Positions 1 to 12,269 are shown, numbered from the stretch's first letter. The stretch is DNA of 64,000 nt from Takakia lepidozioides (GCA_030704615.1 CM060733.1:36828001-36892000), one strand, 5' to 3'. Program-made: numbers and translations. Notes: generated by a model not told the origin, from the letters alone.

Positions 1-584
1 AAGCAAAATGGGGGGTTCGGTGCTCGATCAGCTGCGCGCAGCCCGATCGCATGGAGCTCTCACTGGTGGCTGGGTTGCCTGAGTGGCCTGCTGCTCGGAG
101 ATGGCAATCTCCTCCTGTAGACGCATCTGCTTCCTCCCCTTCGGCATTGGCCTACGTCCGAAGTATAATTTCCGGAGCTTGCGACGAGGTCTCCTGTCTG
201 GTGCACGAACTCCCCCCCTCTCAGGTTCGAGCATAAGAAGAACAGAGAGAGGGAAAAGGGGCAAAGAGTGCAGATGGAAAGGGCGCGAGAGGGGTGACTG
301 AGGAGACGACAAAAGTAGATGAAACGGCGGTGATGCACCACTTGGGTTCGAAAGGGTTGGACGAAAGTGTCTCCTCGTGGAGTTTGCGTCATTACGAAAT
401 TCGAATCGTTGAGGGTACGCCTGCCGTCCGAAAAACAAACATCATTATCCAACGGTCAGGCCGCGCCGCCTCATGCCCCTTCAGTCAGATAGAGTGCCGA
501 CATGTGCAGCAATTCCGTTGCTCCACGTGTTCACATTTCAAGGCATTTCCGTCCCAGCGTCTGATGAGTTGGAGCGAAATGCGA

Positions 585-2043
585 ATGCGGCGCCGCATTT
601 CCGGTAAGTACATCAAGCTACACATCCGTACTTGTTGGAAGAAAATGCGGCACCGCATTTCCGTTCCACCTTCACATACCTTAGTTGTTGAACGGAAATA
701 CGGTGCCGCATTTCCGTCCCACAGCTCCATGTATGAGATTCAGAAGGGAAATGCGGCGCCGCATTTTCCCACTTCACATACGTTAGTTGATGAATGGAAA
801 TGCCGTGCCACATTTCCGTTCGGGAAAGTATAGAGGTCTCACCTGGACAGAAATGCGGTGTCGCATTTCCGGTCTGGAAAGGTTGAAGGTCTCACATGGA
901 TGGAAATGCGGCAACACATTTCCGTAGCACAGCTCCAGGCCGAATATACAAAACGGAAATGCGGCGCCGCATTTCCGTTCGAGAATGTCGGAAGGTGCGA
1001 CTCGAACGGAAATGCGGTGCCGCATTTCTGTACCCGTTGCGCACGATTTTCAGTCAGAATGGAAATGCGGTACCGCATTTCCGTTCTGTAGAGTATTAAC
1101 GTCTGACGCTGGCGGAAATGCCTTCCCGCATTTTCGTTCCACAGCTCCATGCCTCACATACAAAACGGAAATGCGGTGCCGCATTTCCGTTTTGGAATGT
1201 CGGATGGTGGGACTCCGACGGAAATGCGGTACCGCATTTCAATTCCGATGTTTCAGGATATTTCATCAGAACGGAAATGCGGTGCCGCATTTCCCTTTTA
1301 AATCTAATTTCCGTTCTGGAATGTTGGGAGGTGCGACTCGGATGGAAAGCCGCATTTCAGTTCGATGGTTCACGATTTTCAGTCAGAACGGAAATGCGGC
1401 CGCATTTCCGTTCTGGATAGTGTGAATGTCTGTCGGAATTGCGCTGTATGAAGCTGTCGGAATCACTCGGCTCCAGGCATCAGATACAAAATGGAAATGC
1501 GGCGCCGCATTTCCTTTATGGAATGTCGAAAAGTGCGACTCGGACGGAAATGCGGTGCCGCATTTCTGTTCCCGTTGTTCATAATTCTCAATCAGAACGG
1601 AAATGCGGTACCGCATTTCCGTTCCACCTTCACATACCGTGCTTGTGAATGAAAATGCGGTACCGCATTTCCGTTCTCGAGAGTATGAATGTCTTTTAAG
1701 GACGGAAATGTGCTGCAGCATTTCTATCCCTCAGCTCCATGCATCAGATACAAAATGGAAATGCGGCGCCGCATTTCCGTTCTGGAATGTCGAAAAGTGC
1801 GACTCGGACGGAAATGCGGTGCCGCATTTCTGTTCCCGTTGTTCATAATCTCAATCAGAACGGAAATGCGGTACCGCATTTCCGTTCCACCTTCACATAC
1901 CGTGCTTGCTGGATGGAAATGCGTTACCGCATTTCCGTTCTGGAGAGTATAAAGGTTTCCCCCGGACGGAAACTCGGTGCCGCATTTCCGTCGCTCTGGT
2001 GCATGACCAAGATGCAATACGGAAATGCGGCGCCGTATTTCCG
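585..2043. repeat. Array of ~27 copies of a 24-bp palindrome (consensus CGGAAATGCGG[T/C][A/G]CCGCATTTCCG), ~53-bp period with ~29-bp spacers and 4-5-mer higher-order units; probable subterminal repeat array of the adjacent Mutator element
   Basis: Copies at about 585, 642, 693, 747, 796, 850, 902, 954, 1007, 1061, 1113, 1165, 1219, 1272, 1344, 1389, 1493, 1545, 1598, 1651, 1703, 1757, 1809, 1861, 1915, 1968 and 2020. Perfect palindromes at 1598-1621 and 1861-1884. The block starting at 1472 recurs at 1735 (period ~263). Confidence 0.95.
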
Positions 2044-2469
2044 TCCACCAGCAATCGAAGAATCACTCGGACGGGAAATCTGGAACCTCAATGGGTTGCA
2101 TTGTTCCGAAACAACACAATTGCGGCCAGTCTTGATGAGCACAACTTGGTTGTCTGACCGTTTTAACCAGCAGTCCTGGCACTTGTCAGTGCGAACGTTC
2201 CTGTCTGCACCGAGAATACTGCTGGATCCACCCTCAGGAGAAACTGTCAGGAGATGTTATTTCGTCGCCGAATCGGCCATCATTGTCCTACTCACTGGCT
2301 ATGGAATCAAACCTCCCACCTTCATGCATGTAGCTTGAAACAATACTTTCCACTTCAATGTGCGACTTCCAATCGTCGATGGACTCCGCAGATCCACTTA
2401 GATGGTGCCTGTGAGCCTTGGTCTGTCGCTATACTGAACCTCGCACTTGCCAACTCCGTGCGGTGTTCG

Positions 2470-5400
2470 ATGGCTCCGAATTCCTACGCTATAGTTTGCT
2501 GTCCTCCGCAACTTGGGAGAGCCTGGATCCCAAACGAGGGAGGACTTTGCAGAGTGACTGAAACTTACCTTTGTTCCAAATTCAAGCTCAAACCGGGCAC
2601 AGTTTATTTGGAAGAAGAAAGGAAGGATGTTCCTGGACAGGTTGACGAGACCATTGTCGTGCTAGGTAACGACGGAGGTTGCGGAATCGAATGGCACGTT
2701 CCCCCGTCAGACACCATCCTGTACCGAGCTGTGGGAATGCCCATTCCCTTTCCGAATCAGTCGCTGCCCACACCATCCACAAAGGAGTCCGGAAACCGAG
2801 AGGCGGCCACTGCCAACAGAGAGGTATGCAACGATAATCATTCCCGACCTGGACCGTCAAGACCCTCCATAGCTTCTCGTGTGGACGTATTCGACATTTC
2901 CGACGAGGAAGATGATTGCATTGAGTAACCCATGTCCCCTCCACACGGTCGTTCAAATCCGGCATGGACGTCTCTGTAGGTGCTACGCATGTGCCCTCGA
3001 GCATAACTCCAACCCGGTCCATTGTGCAGCTCCTACGACAACATCACCTCGATGGTTCTCGCTCCGAGCTGGCTGCTCTCGACTATGCCAAATTCCCAGT
3101 CAGAAAGGTAACGTTTCTGCCTCCCGAAGTCGATGGCAATGTCATCTTCGAGTTTCCACCTGTTTCTTCGTCAAACAAAGCCTCCGGGATGTTAACAGAC
3201 ATGGATCGAAAGCATGACGGACACCCCTGGTGTGTGACGAAGACCAGTAGCACGAAAATTGCTGATGGTGTTCGTGTACGATATGTCCTCTGTGCGGGGA
3301 AGCTGAGGTGCCTCAATCCCACCTGCTTCCACTTTCTCTCCAAAGGAGGGCGGAGAAACGAGACGGATTGGACTGGCACAACGCATCATCCATTCATTGT
3401 CTCCAGCCAAGCTCCTGCGGGTTCTTTCAAGTGTGCACATTGCAAAGAACCACCGACGTGCATGTCCATGTGCAGAGCCAAGCAATATTACGTAATCCAT
3501 TTGCTCCCGGACTTGACTAGAGCTTGCATACACGTTGGGGTCCACTGCCACCCCTTGGCGAGAGGCAACAATGCGTGAGGCTGTGCAGGAAGCACACGAC
3601 ATCATAAAAGAGGAGGTGAAATTGAGCCCCGGAGCCAGACCAAAGCAGATTCAGCTGAAGGCAGCCCACAAGATTGCTCTTGGCAAAATCATGTCTGAAG
3701 ATGGTTCCGACCGAGAGCCCTTGACCGAAGACGAGATGCGTGACCTCTTGGAGTCCGTCTCGCACGTTTGTAGTCCGAATGTGCGGAATCACATCGTATC
3801 TTGCAAGCAGGAGTTCGGCAGGGGGTCGGACATGTACTCAATCCTGGAGGTGAAACGAATGACTGGATATGACTACATCCAAGGTAGCAGGTTTCCAGGG
3901 CAAGGCAGCGAATCCGATCGTTGTTACATTTTCAAAATGTCGACGTGTGGGCCTGGGAGTGGAGTCGACTTGGTCACTCGCATGACAACTGGAAACTTGT
4001 CGAATGCTTGGGTGATGTTTGATCACATCAAGCGAATTACAAACCATCAGTGGGTGACTATGGGTGCGCATGTTTATGACTATCACTCCAAGAGGCTCAT
4101 GACGATTGCAATCTGCGAGATGAAAGGGGAGGACACACAGTCCGAGATGCATCTGTGGGAGGGCATAAACGAGCAGATGGCAAGGGCGGGATTGCCAGAG
4201 CCCAATTTCAGGGGATTCATGGCAGACAACGCTCAGGCCAACTGGGCAGCGGTGCGGCGTGTGTACGGTGAGGACCCCAATGTTCCAATGGAGGGGAAAG
4301 AGAGATCCTGTGGATTCCATTGGATGCAGAGTCTATCCCACTACACTACCAAATTTGTTGCTAGCTCATTCCAGGCTGAACACCGTGTCCTTTGTACGGC
4401 GTGGAAGGATGCACCCACATTTGATGACGCGGAGGTTAAGTTTGCTATCATCGAGGCTTGGTGGAACACGTCAGGTGCAGTGGAGACAACCAATCTGGGA
4501 GCATTGCACAGCTGGTTGGGGTGGTGGCATTTTCGGTATCGACAGTTCGGACAGTACATGCGGGAGGTAGGCTGCTGTCAATTTCGTTCATTTGTCTTTC
4601 TGTTACGGACATTTCGATTGGTCCCTCACCATTGTTTGTGTCCTTCTAGGAGCGGTGCTTGGATTCCGACACGGACATGCCGAACACGAATATGGCAGAA
4701 TCGGTCCACTCCTCCTGGCGAGCGTCTTCTGCCGCACATCTGGTGGACGTAGTGACGGCCACAACGGAGGACATCGACAGAGCAATCATGCAGCAAGCCA
4801 CGTACTACAAGTTCCTGAGCGGCAAACAATGGGGCTTTGGGCCGGACAGGGAGGAATTGTTGGTACGAACAGCTTCGAGGTCCAAGAATCCAGTGAAATG
4901 GGCGACAGCATTGCGAGAGAAGATCAAAGGGACGCCTCTGCACCGCAGAGGTGAACACCTAGAGGGGGACGTCCGGACACTCGCCCTGTCAGGCGGAGGA
5001 TTGAAGAGGAACCCGGGTGCGAAGAGGATTCCTGGAGATCCGACAGGAACATTCGGACAGCACTCGAGGTCCCGTCATGTTGCCGCACAATGTGTCTTCC
5101 AGCAGTGGAAGCCCAAGAAATTCCAGATCGCCGTCGCCTTCAACCGGGGATTTCGTGCAACAAATTCCCACCGCTCCCTTGCCCCACATTCCGCCCGCTG
5201 TTATGCAGTATGGCCAAGCCATTGTGGAGACGACTGTGTCTGCCTCACAGTGGAGAATTGCTCGCACAAAGCCGTCGTTTCGAGGAAGGTGTTCCGCAAT
5301 TCGTGTGGATACACGGCAACGTTGTTTAGAGATGATAAGGAGGAATCCAGATGGGGCTGTCCCTGCTCCTACTTTTACAGGAAGATTTGTCCATGCAAAG

Positions 5401-6080
5401 TTTGCGGAGGCGACAACCACCCAGTTCTGGTTCTGCAGGCACGACATTATGACTTGCGTGTATGGAAAGCCCAAGTACGGCATACAGACAATGCCAGAGG
5501 CTCCCCCGGTGTGGCCGGTGGAACCAGGCTGCGATCTGAGTCAGGTTGAGGCCGACGCCCTTACCGCCGCAGGATTTCGGATGGTGCAGCGCACTGACGT
5601 GCCCAGACAACCATTTCCGCTTCCACAGCCTCCACCACCGACCCCTGTGAGAGCAAGAACAATGGGACACGACAGCTCTAAGCATCCTACACACCGTTGG
5701 GGGAAACCGAAGAGGCGGCGACCTCCCTCAAAAGTGAACGAGACAAGGATGGGGAATGCACTTCGGATGAACTGTACAATCCAGAGCTCGACAGAAGTGC
5801 CCCACCAGGATTCGGGCGTGTGTATCAGATGGCCACGGCGGGCTCAGCTGTTCGCAATGAGGTGTACACCATCACCATTTCAGAATTACCCACCTGCAAT
5901 TGCACCGACTTCCAGATCATGGCGAACAAGGGGGCATCATACTGCCCTTGCAAGCATTTGTACTACGTGTACCTAAAGAGACTCCGTTGTAATTCCACAA
6001 CTCATCACTTCATACATGCACCAGGGTTGAGCCCCCAGGAGGTTCACACTCTTCTGAATATGGATCCAGGGGACCAGTGA
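2470..6080 (+). pseudogene. Mutator-like (MULE) DDE transposase with N-terminal GCM-like Zn domain and C-terminal SWIM finger; about 4 frameshifts and one intron
   Basis: ORFs 2254/2964/3535/4659/5017/5697 join by frameshifts near 2925, 3570, 5050-5090 and 5800. GCM-like segment DGHPW..T...CAGKLRCLNPTC...CAHCKE..C...HVGVHCHP. Catalytic motifs WVMFDHIKR, FMADNAQA, CGFHW (CxxH) and PNTNMAESVH, the last after an in-frame GT-AG intron at 4567-4649. SWIM motif CNCTDF...CKHLYYV at ~5895-5970. Confidence 0.85.
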
Positions 6081-6324
6081 GCTTGGCTTGCGGTCCACAT
6101 ACAATGGTACGCCCATCGGATAGTAGAACTGTACTGCTGCCAGTACCTCAGACTCTGGCACACACAAAGGTCCGACATATGTCTTGCCTACCAGTAACCT
6201 GTTTTGATCGAACTAAGATATTACATATCGTTCACTTGTTTCCACGTGCATGTATTTTGTATGTTGGAGGGTTCATGTTTTTCTGCTTTCCGAAAACTTG
6301 CTCTCCTCATTCGACCTCCGACAA

Positions 6325-6805
6325 GGAAATGCGGCGCCGAATTTCCAAGTATCGTCGTAGGTACCCCCAGAGGCGGCCTTCGCCAACACCAACCCGCTCC
6401 GAAATTTCGCACGTGCGAACCCTAATGCGGCACCCTATTTCCCAGTTCAGTTGCAAACCTTTCCCGCCGAATACCCGAAGAAGACAGAATTGTGAAGTAC
6501 TGCAGACTGTATTGGTGCAGACTCCATTGGTTCAATCGCGGCAAAAGGGTCAGCTTCATTCCAATGTTAAGGCATGTAAAACCGCGGAATACTCTATACA
6601 GGCCAGTATGCGACGTCCTTTTGCAGTGGTATACTGGATTTCCCGTTGCACGGTCACTTATTTCCATGAGCGGATCTATAAAACCATGAGCGGACTTGTT
6701 ACTGACGACATATCTTCGCCGCATTACATGATTTGGAACGTCCAAAAACGGCAAGGTCAAATAAAAAACTATTATTTTAATACTTGTTTAATCTGCCGCA
6801 TTTCC
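6325..6805. repeat. Scattered degenerate copies of the same palindrome downstream of the transposase
   Basis: ggaaatgcggcgccgaatttcc (~6325), aatgcggcaccctatttcc (~6424), gccgcatttcc (~6795). Confidence 0.7.
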
Positions 6806-6905
6806 AAATTTGGAGGAGTCCGCTCATGAAATCCGCGTATCTTAGACTTCGGCTCACCGCTCATGCGGCTCATACGGCTCATGGCTCATGGCTCATGGTT
6901 TCTGC

Positions 6906-8320
6906 TCATGAAATAGTAAACCTCCTGACAGGTGCTGGCACCCTTGCCGGTGCTGGTCCTTCTGGACCTGTTGTTTTTGTGGTGGATCTTCCACCAAGTG
7001 GTGGCCCTTGAGCACTCCTTGCTTCTGGTCCCACGATATTCACAGTATTCCCAGCTTCAGTTGCACTACTTCCCACACTCCCTGTCCCCCCAGAGCCAGA
7101 TCCAGGCAGCCCGCCTGATCCCCCTGAGCCGACACCTTCGTTGGCCTGTGATCCAAGTGCTCCACTTGATCCAGGTCCAACGGGTTGGGATGTCCTGGTT
7201 GTAGTCTCAACCTCAGCTGTTGGGTCTACTTCTTCATATTCTTCCTCTTCTAATTTCTTCTCTCTGTTTTCATCCTCCAAGTTCTGCCCTTGGGTTTCTT
7301 CTTCACTCATGTAACTCAACTGTAATGGTGTTGGAGAGTCTGAACTCTCCGTTGGCTCTGCCACATCCTCTTCTCCTTCTTCATCTTCTGCTTCAGAAAC
7401 TGGAGTTCCTGCTTTTGGTGTTCCATGCCAACTCTTATCAAAGATTTCTGTCAAGTCTTTTATCCAAGGATGTACCTCAGATCTTTCACCTCGTAATTGA
7501 TCTTCTTCCTGTACCAATTCCCTTAATCTTTCTTGCAACGAAACAGAAGGAGTGGCATCCAACTCTAGTTCTTCCGGTATAGGTGATGCACTTTTTGATC
7601 TTGATGGTGTGAGAGGTCCAGATGATTCCCCTATGTCTATTCCTCTCTCCCAAAAGATATGGATAATTAGCTTTCAGATAGCTTTCTCTTTTTGATGAAT
7701 ATCTCTGTCGTCTAGCTTCTCTTTCATCACTCATGTCCCATGTCTTTCATTTCTTTTAATGTGGCAATAACCAAAACTCTCTTCTGTAATATCTCTCGTA
7801 TATGCCTGGGTTTCTTTCAAGCTTCAATGCACCCTTGGCTATACTTGAAGTCTCCGTTACCATATAACCATATGGCAAACAAGTCTGAAAAGCTGTTCTT
7901 GGTGTGAGTTTGATCCACAAAATATCCTTTGGAATCCAATTCTTTACCAGTACAAGCTCTTCATGCATATGAGTATAAAACATTCACCTTTCTTTCTTCC
8001 CAGCCTTCAAACTCTACTCGTTTAATGGATAGCAACGCTATCACATAAACCAATGTTGGTAACCAACGTGCTCTTCCTCTACAGGCTACCTGATAAATCT
8101 TTATCACTCCTTTCTCCAGACCCCATTCTGGATCAGCATCATGCACTCGTTTAAAGAATATTTTCTTTACATCCGTCTGGCAATTCCAAGAACCTTTGAA
8201 AGAATCGTTTGGACAATCTTTCTTCCTTCGTTCCACAGGGAATTTGATTCACTTCAAATTCTTTAATGGTCCAACCACCATGATCCCACCAGATGCCTGT
8301 CACATCTGGTTGTTCATGTC
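6906..8320 (-). pseudogene. Degenerate 5' internal ORF (ORF1/pre-gag region) of a Tat/Ogre-like LTR retrotransposon, truncated
   Basis: ORF fragments 7961-8236, 7756-7983, 7486-7734 and 6906-7562 directly follow the PBS on the minus strand. Acidic and Gly/Ser-rich; no RT or INT present. Confidence 0.55.
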
Positions 8321-8324
8321 CAGG

Positions 8325-8342
8325 TCCCCAGTATGGTCGCCA
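8325..8342 (-). promoter_or_regulatory. Primer binding site, tRNA-Arg type (TGGCGACCATACTGGGGA)
   Basis: An 18-nt TGG-starting tract 2 nt after the LTR ...CGACA end. It resembles the complement of the plant tRNA-Arg(ACG) 3' end used by Tat/Ogre elements. Confidence 0.8.
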
Positions 8343-8344
8343 AA

Positions 8345-9352
8345 TGTCGCGCGGCTTTTACTCACCCATCCCTTCGCTATCCGAGGCGGAAACTCCAAGA
8401 TAGAAGAGTTGGAAATCTCTAAGTACTCAGCCCGCGCAGAACAATCAGTCATGACCTACAGCTAGTGTATCATGGGGGTGTTTCCTATGCGTTTCCCTTT
8501 CCGCATTCATCTTAGCTACCTTGGCATTGATAATTAAGTATCAGTTTGCTTCATCAATCTATCGGTTTCCTTCACTCATCCTTCAATCCACAGCTTCTCT
8601 CAGATCTCTCTACACAGTGTGATTGTATCGTATAAAGTATCAGATTATGATTTATCAGGTATCAGGCCGAAGCCATTATGTCTCTAATCTGCTCTCCAAT
8701 ATCACTACAGCTTTGCATATAACAAGCATCTACTAATCCTCTTTTCTCCTTCATCGTGCTCTCCATCTCTTGCCTCCGATCTCCGCTCCTGCCTGACTCC
8801 GAAGTCCTCCTCCGAATAATGATCATCCCCTTCATTCCCCGTTTCTCCCTTTATCCTCCTATCTGCGGTTCTAACCGTTTCCCTCTCTAACCGTCGTCTG
8901 TGAACTAACATGCTCCCTTCACAGGTGTTGTTCCCCACAGTCGTTCCCTGTCCTACTCTTCGTTCCCTATTATCGTGACAGCTGTGTCAAGCGGTGACTG
9001 GCTGTGTTTGGCTGTGTCGGGCTGTGATTGGCTGTGTGGCTGTGCCGGGCTGTGACTGGCTGTGTGGGCTGTGCCGGGCTGTGACTGGCTGTGTGGGCTG
9101 TGTCTGCTGTGACGACTGTGACGGGCTGTGTGGGCTGTGTCTGCTGTAACGACTGTGACGGCTGTGTCGGCTGTGTGGCCTGTGTGGGCTGTGACGACTG
9201 TGACGGGCTATGTCGGCTGTGACGACTGTGTAACCCCCCTCTACAGTGCGCTGCTGTCACTTCTAAGGCTCCTGTTGGTCTCAGTCTGTGCAAAATTAAG
9301 GGTACCCTACAGATCCCGTATAAGTGTCTAAGTCCCCTACAGTCCTCTAACA
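8345..9352 (-). mobile_element. 5' LTR (~1.0 kb) of a Tat/Ogre-like gypsy element
   Basis: The minus strand begins TGTTAGAGG (9352) and ends CGACA (8345). It is reverse-complement homologous to the LTR at 12855-13813 and is followed by a PBS. Confidence 0.85.
8975..9232. repeat. (GGCTGT/GACTGT)n minisatellite inside the LTR
   Basis: Runs of ggctgtgtgg/gactgtgac; the complementary (CACAGC)n tracts occur in the plus-strand LTRs at ~12390-12735 and ~12975-13180. Confidence 0.9.
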
Positions 9353-9361
9353 ACCACTGCA

Positions 9362-12230
9362 ATGGAAGAGCAAGGCTCTTCGCACAGTGAGGGTGGACTG
9401 GCAGTGCAACCCCAGTCTAAGGGACAGAGGCGGGGAAGGACTGTAGTGGCGGATCCACTGGCTTCACGGAAACCGCATGATAATGTTTTCCAAGCTCTTG
9501 TGCAGGAAGGGGCACAGCAGGAGAGCGAGCTGCTATTATTGGAAGCAGGGCCTTCAGAGAGGGAAGAGGAAGTCACTTCGATGCCACAGCCACCACAGCC
9601 AATTGACTCTGTTGTTTTAGAGGTTCCGCAATTCATATATGCTGTGACATCACCCCCAATTGCTCAAGAAGGAGAAAGATTAGACATTCCCACTACAGAA
9701 CAGGTTGTGGCCGAAATTGAGAAGGGTGACCTTCTCTATGAAAATTCTGGCTTGATAAGGGAAACAATGATTCCAGAGGTGCAGCGAGTGTCCAGGGGGA
9801 ACCTTGCTGTGCATATAATAACCACACCTGTGATGGAGGTACAAGGGGGAGAATATCAAGACACTGCAGCACCTGTGGTGGATGAGGTGGTTCAGGAAGA
9901 AAATCTAGTAGGGCAATGGCCTGAATGGTTCGTCAGGCATCACCTTATTGAGGATCAGGGGGAACAGCAGCAAACTCACCATGATGACCCTCAGCAGGCC
10001 ATGCTTATGAGTTCCATAAGCAGGACACTTAATTTGTTGGGCACTTATGTGAAATCCCATGTTCCATCTACCCAATTGGCAGCTTTGAGGGAGGAACTCA
10101 GGAAGGAGTTTGAGGCTCGACTTGCCACTGAGTGTGCAAACAAGGTTGATGAGGAGGTCAGTATCAAGTTACAACAAGAGTTAGAGGATACAACAGCTGC
10201 TTTGCAGTTGGCCAAGGAACATTTGATTGAAGCAGGCCTCGCGCAGGAGCAGTTGCACGAAGCACATAAGCAACAGCTATACCAAATGCAGGTGAAACAT
10301 GAGAGCAAGTTGCAGGAAGTAAATGCACTACATATGGAGTTGCAGACAGTGCATGACAGAATGGCCATACAATGTGCTACACTTACAACTACGCTTGAGC
10401 AAACTACAAAAGAAGTTAACAACCAAGCGGAAAGATGTATAAAGGCACAGGCAGATAATGTCGAGCAGACAAAACTCAGTATTGATATGAAGAATACAAT
10501 CTGTCACAATGAGAATACTTTCAAGCAATACAGGCAGGTAGAAGCTACCCAAGATAAGTACATCCTGGAATTGCAACAAACGCTCATGGCCAATAGAAAT
10601 GAACTCTCTATGGCTAACAAGGCTTGGAAGGAGGCCAATAATCTGGCTGCTGCCTATGCGAGTTTGGTTGAACCTCATGCAAAGCGCATGGACGCTTTAT
10701 AGCAGCAATTAGATATGTACAAACTCAGAGAGGAGCAGACTCTCAGAGGTGCCACAACCAACTTGGTGGATAACCACCTTCTGCAGGCCTGGTTAGCACA
10801 ATGACCGGTGGAAGGCAAAGCACCACGGAAGCTCACCCAAGCCGAGATGAATGAGCTCAGGCTGCAGGTGCAGAACATTGCCACAACTACTATAGACAAT
10901 GTCTATAGTAGGATAGCAGAGCTACAAGAGGATGTAGACGGCCTCCAGACTCAGGTGGAAGACCTGACATCAAATATTGACAAGAAAGTCTTTGTACCTG
11001 GGGAGCAGCTGATGGCTTCTTATTTACAAGCCAGAACTTTAGCTTTTCAGTCTTCTTCGCAGGGGGTGCAGGAGATGCCAGTGGTACAAGAGCCCATGCT
11101 ACCAATACCACAACAAGTGACTGTGACAGTAGCTGACCCTGTTGTTACTACAGCCACACCACAGCCGCCACAACCTGAGGTATGGGGGGATGCTGCTTTT
11201 AACCCACCTAAAACTCTTGCTACACGGGAGTACAGTCGGGTTATGATTATGCCCTTCAACCAAATTCCCATTGTGTTGGATTTGGCTTGGAAAGAATTTA
11301 GTCATCCGCAGTCGTTGGCACATTACTACCAAATCATGCGCATTTGGCTGCCAGTAGGTTCTTCCGAACAATCGACCCATTGACGATCATCACTTTGCGA
11401 GATACTGGCATGAGGCAAGTACCATGTTGAAGGAATTAATTGCTTTCCAAGTTGTACATGGATTCATTTATACCAAGACCAAGGAGGTAGCAAGTATTGT
11501 CATGGGCTGCGGGCTATACTACGCTGCTTGTTTTCGGGCACGTTATCACATTGAACAGCAGAAAATGCAATCACGCTTTCTGAGTTAATCCAGTGGGGAT
11601 CATTGGATCTTACCTGCAGTGCCATCTCATATGTACCTATATGAGGCAAAAGTTATGATGCAAAAGGATTCTCAAGTTCGTTCATGGTTTCATGCGGCCT
11701 GGAACAATTTGTCAACACAGAAATTTGGGCCTGACGATATTTTCTTTAAGGGCCATGAAGCATGGAAAAACTTGCACAATTCACAAGTCATTGGTACACC
11801 ACTCACCTAGACAGACAAGGAGTTCAGGGTCTTCACCAATTTTGCAATTCAGCGCTTACAACAAGTTTTAAAGATTAAAATTCCAGACATGGTGGGACCA
11901 CATTGTATGCCCCAGAGGATTCCAGTTAGAGTTCGACCATTTAAACACCTCAGGGGGGAAGACGATTCTGATACTACTGGTTCTTCAGCGGACTCTTTTG
12001 ACATGGCAGAGGACTATGCAATTCAGATGGCAGAGAACAAGCGACGGGGGTCTCCTATGCCTGAAAGATTACCTCGATATCAGCCAAAGGAAGGACTGAC
12101 ATTTCCAGGTAGTGCTCAATCATCTCCCTCAACCAGTGACAGGACACGGGCTCGCACACGGAGTCCTTCACAAGACTCTCAACGTCACAAGGGTGCTCGC
12201 TCACAAAGGTTTGCTAATCCCAAACAGTAA
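9362..12230 (+). pseudogene. Degenerate ~950-codon 3' extra ORF of a Tat/Ogre-like element (acidic N-terminus, long coiled coil)
   Basis: ORFs 9362-10702 and 10808-11383 share one frame; 11619-11810 and 11889-12230 share another. The ORF ends ~20 bp before the PPT and is rich in E/Q/L/A heptads. Confidence 0.7.
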
Positions 12231-12251
12231 ACCGTGAGGACACGGCTTTTT

Positions 12252-12265
12252 GAGAGGAGGAGGGG
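12252..12265 (+). promoter_or_regulatory. Polypurine tract (second copy at 12839-12850)
   Basis: GAGAGGAGGAGGGG followed by TAAA and then the LTR start TGTTAGAGGG. Confidence 0.85.
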
Positions 12266-12269
12266 TAAA

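Noticed and set aside
585-2043. CRISPR array
   Set aside because: The context is eukaryotic with introns and no cas genes. Spacers recur in higher-order units, and the repeat also occurs on the far side of a Mutator transposase.
294-2338. Many overlapping ORFs (EMRCRISV / GNAVPHF / KCGAAFP)
   Set aside because: These are translations of the palindrome on both strands, not genes.
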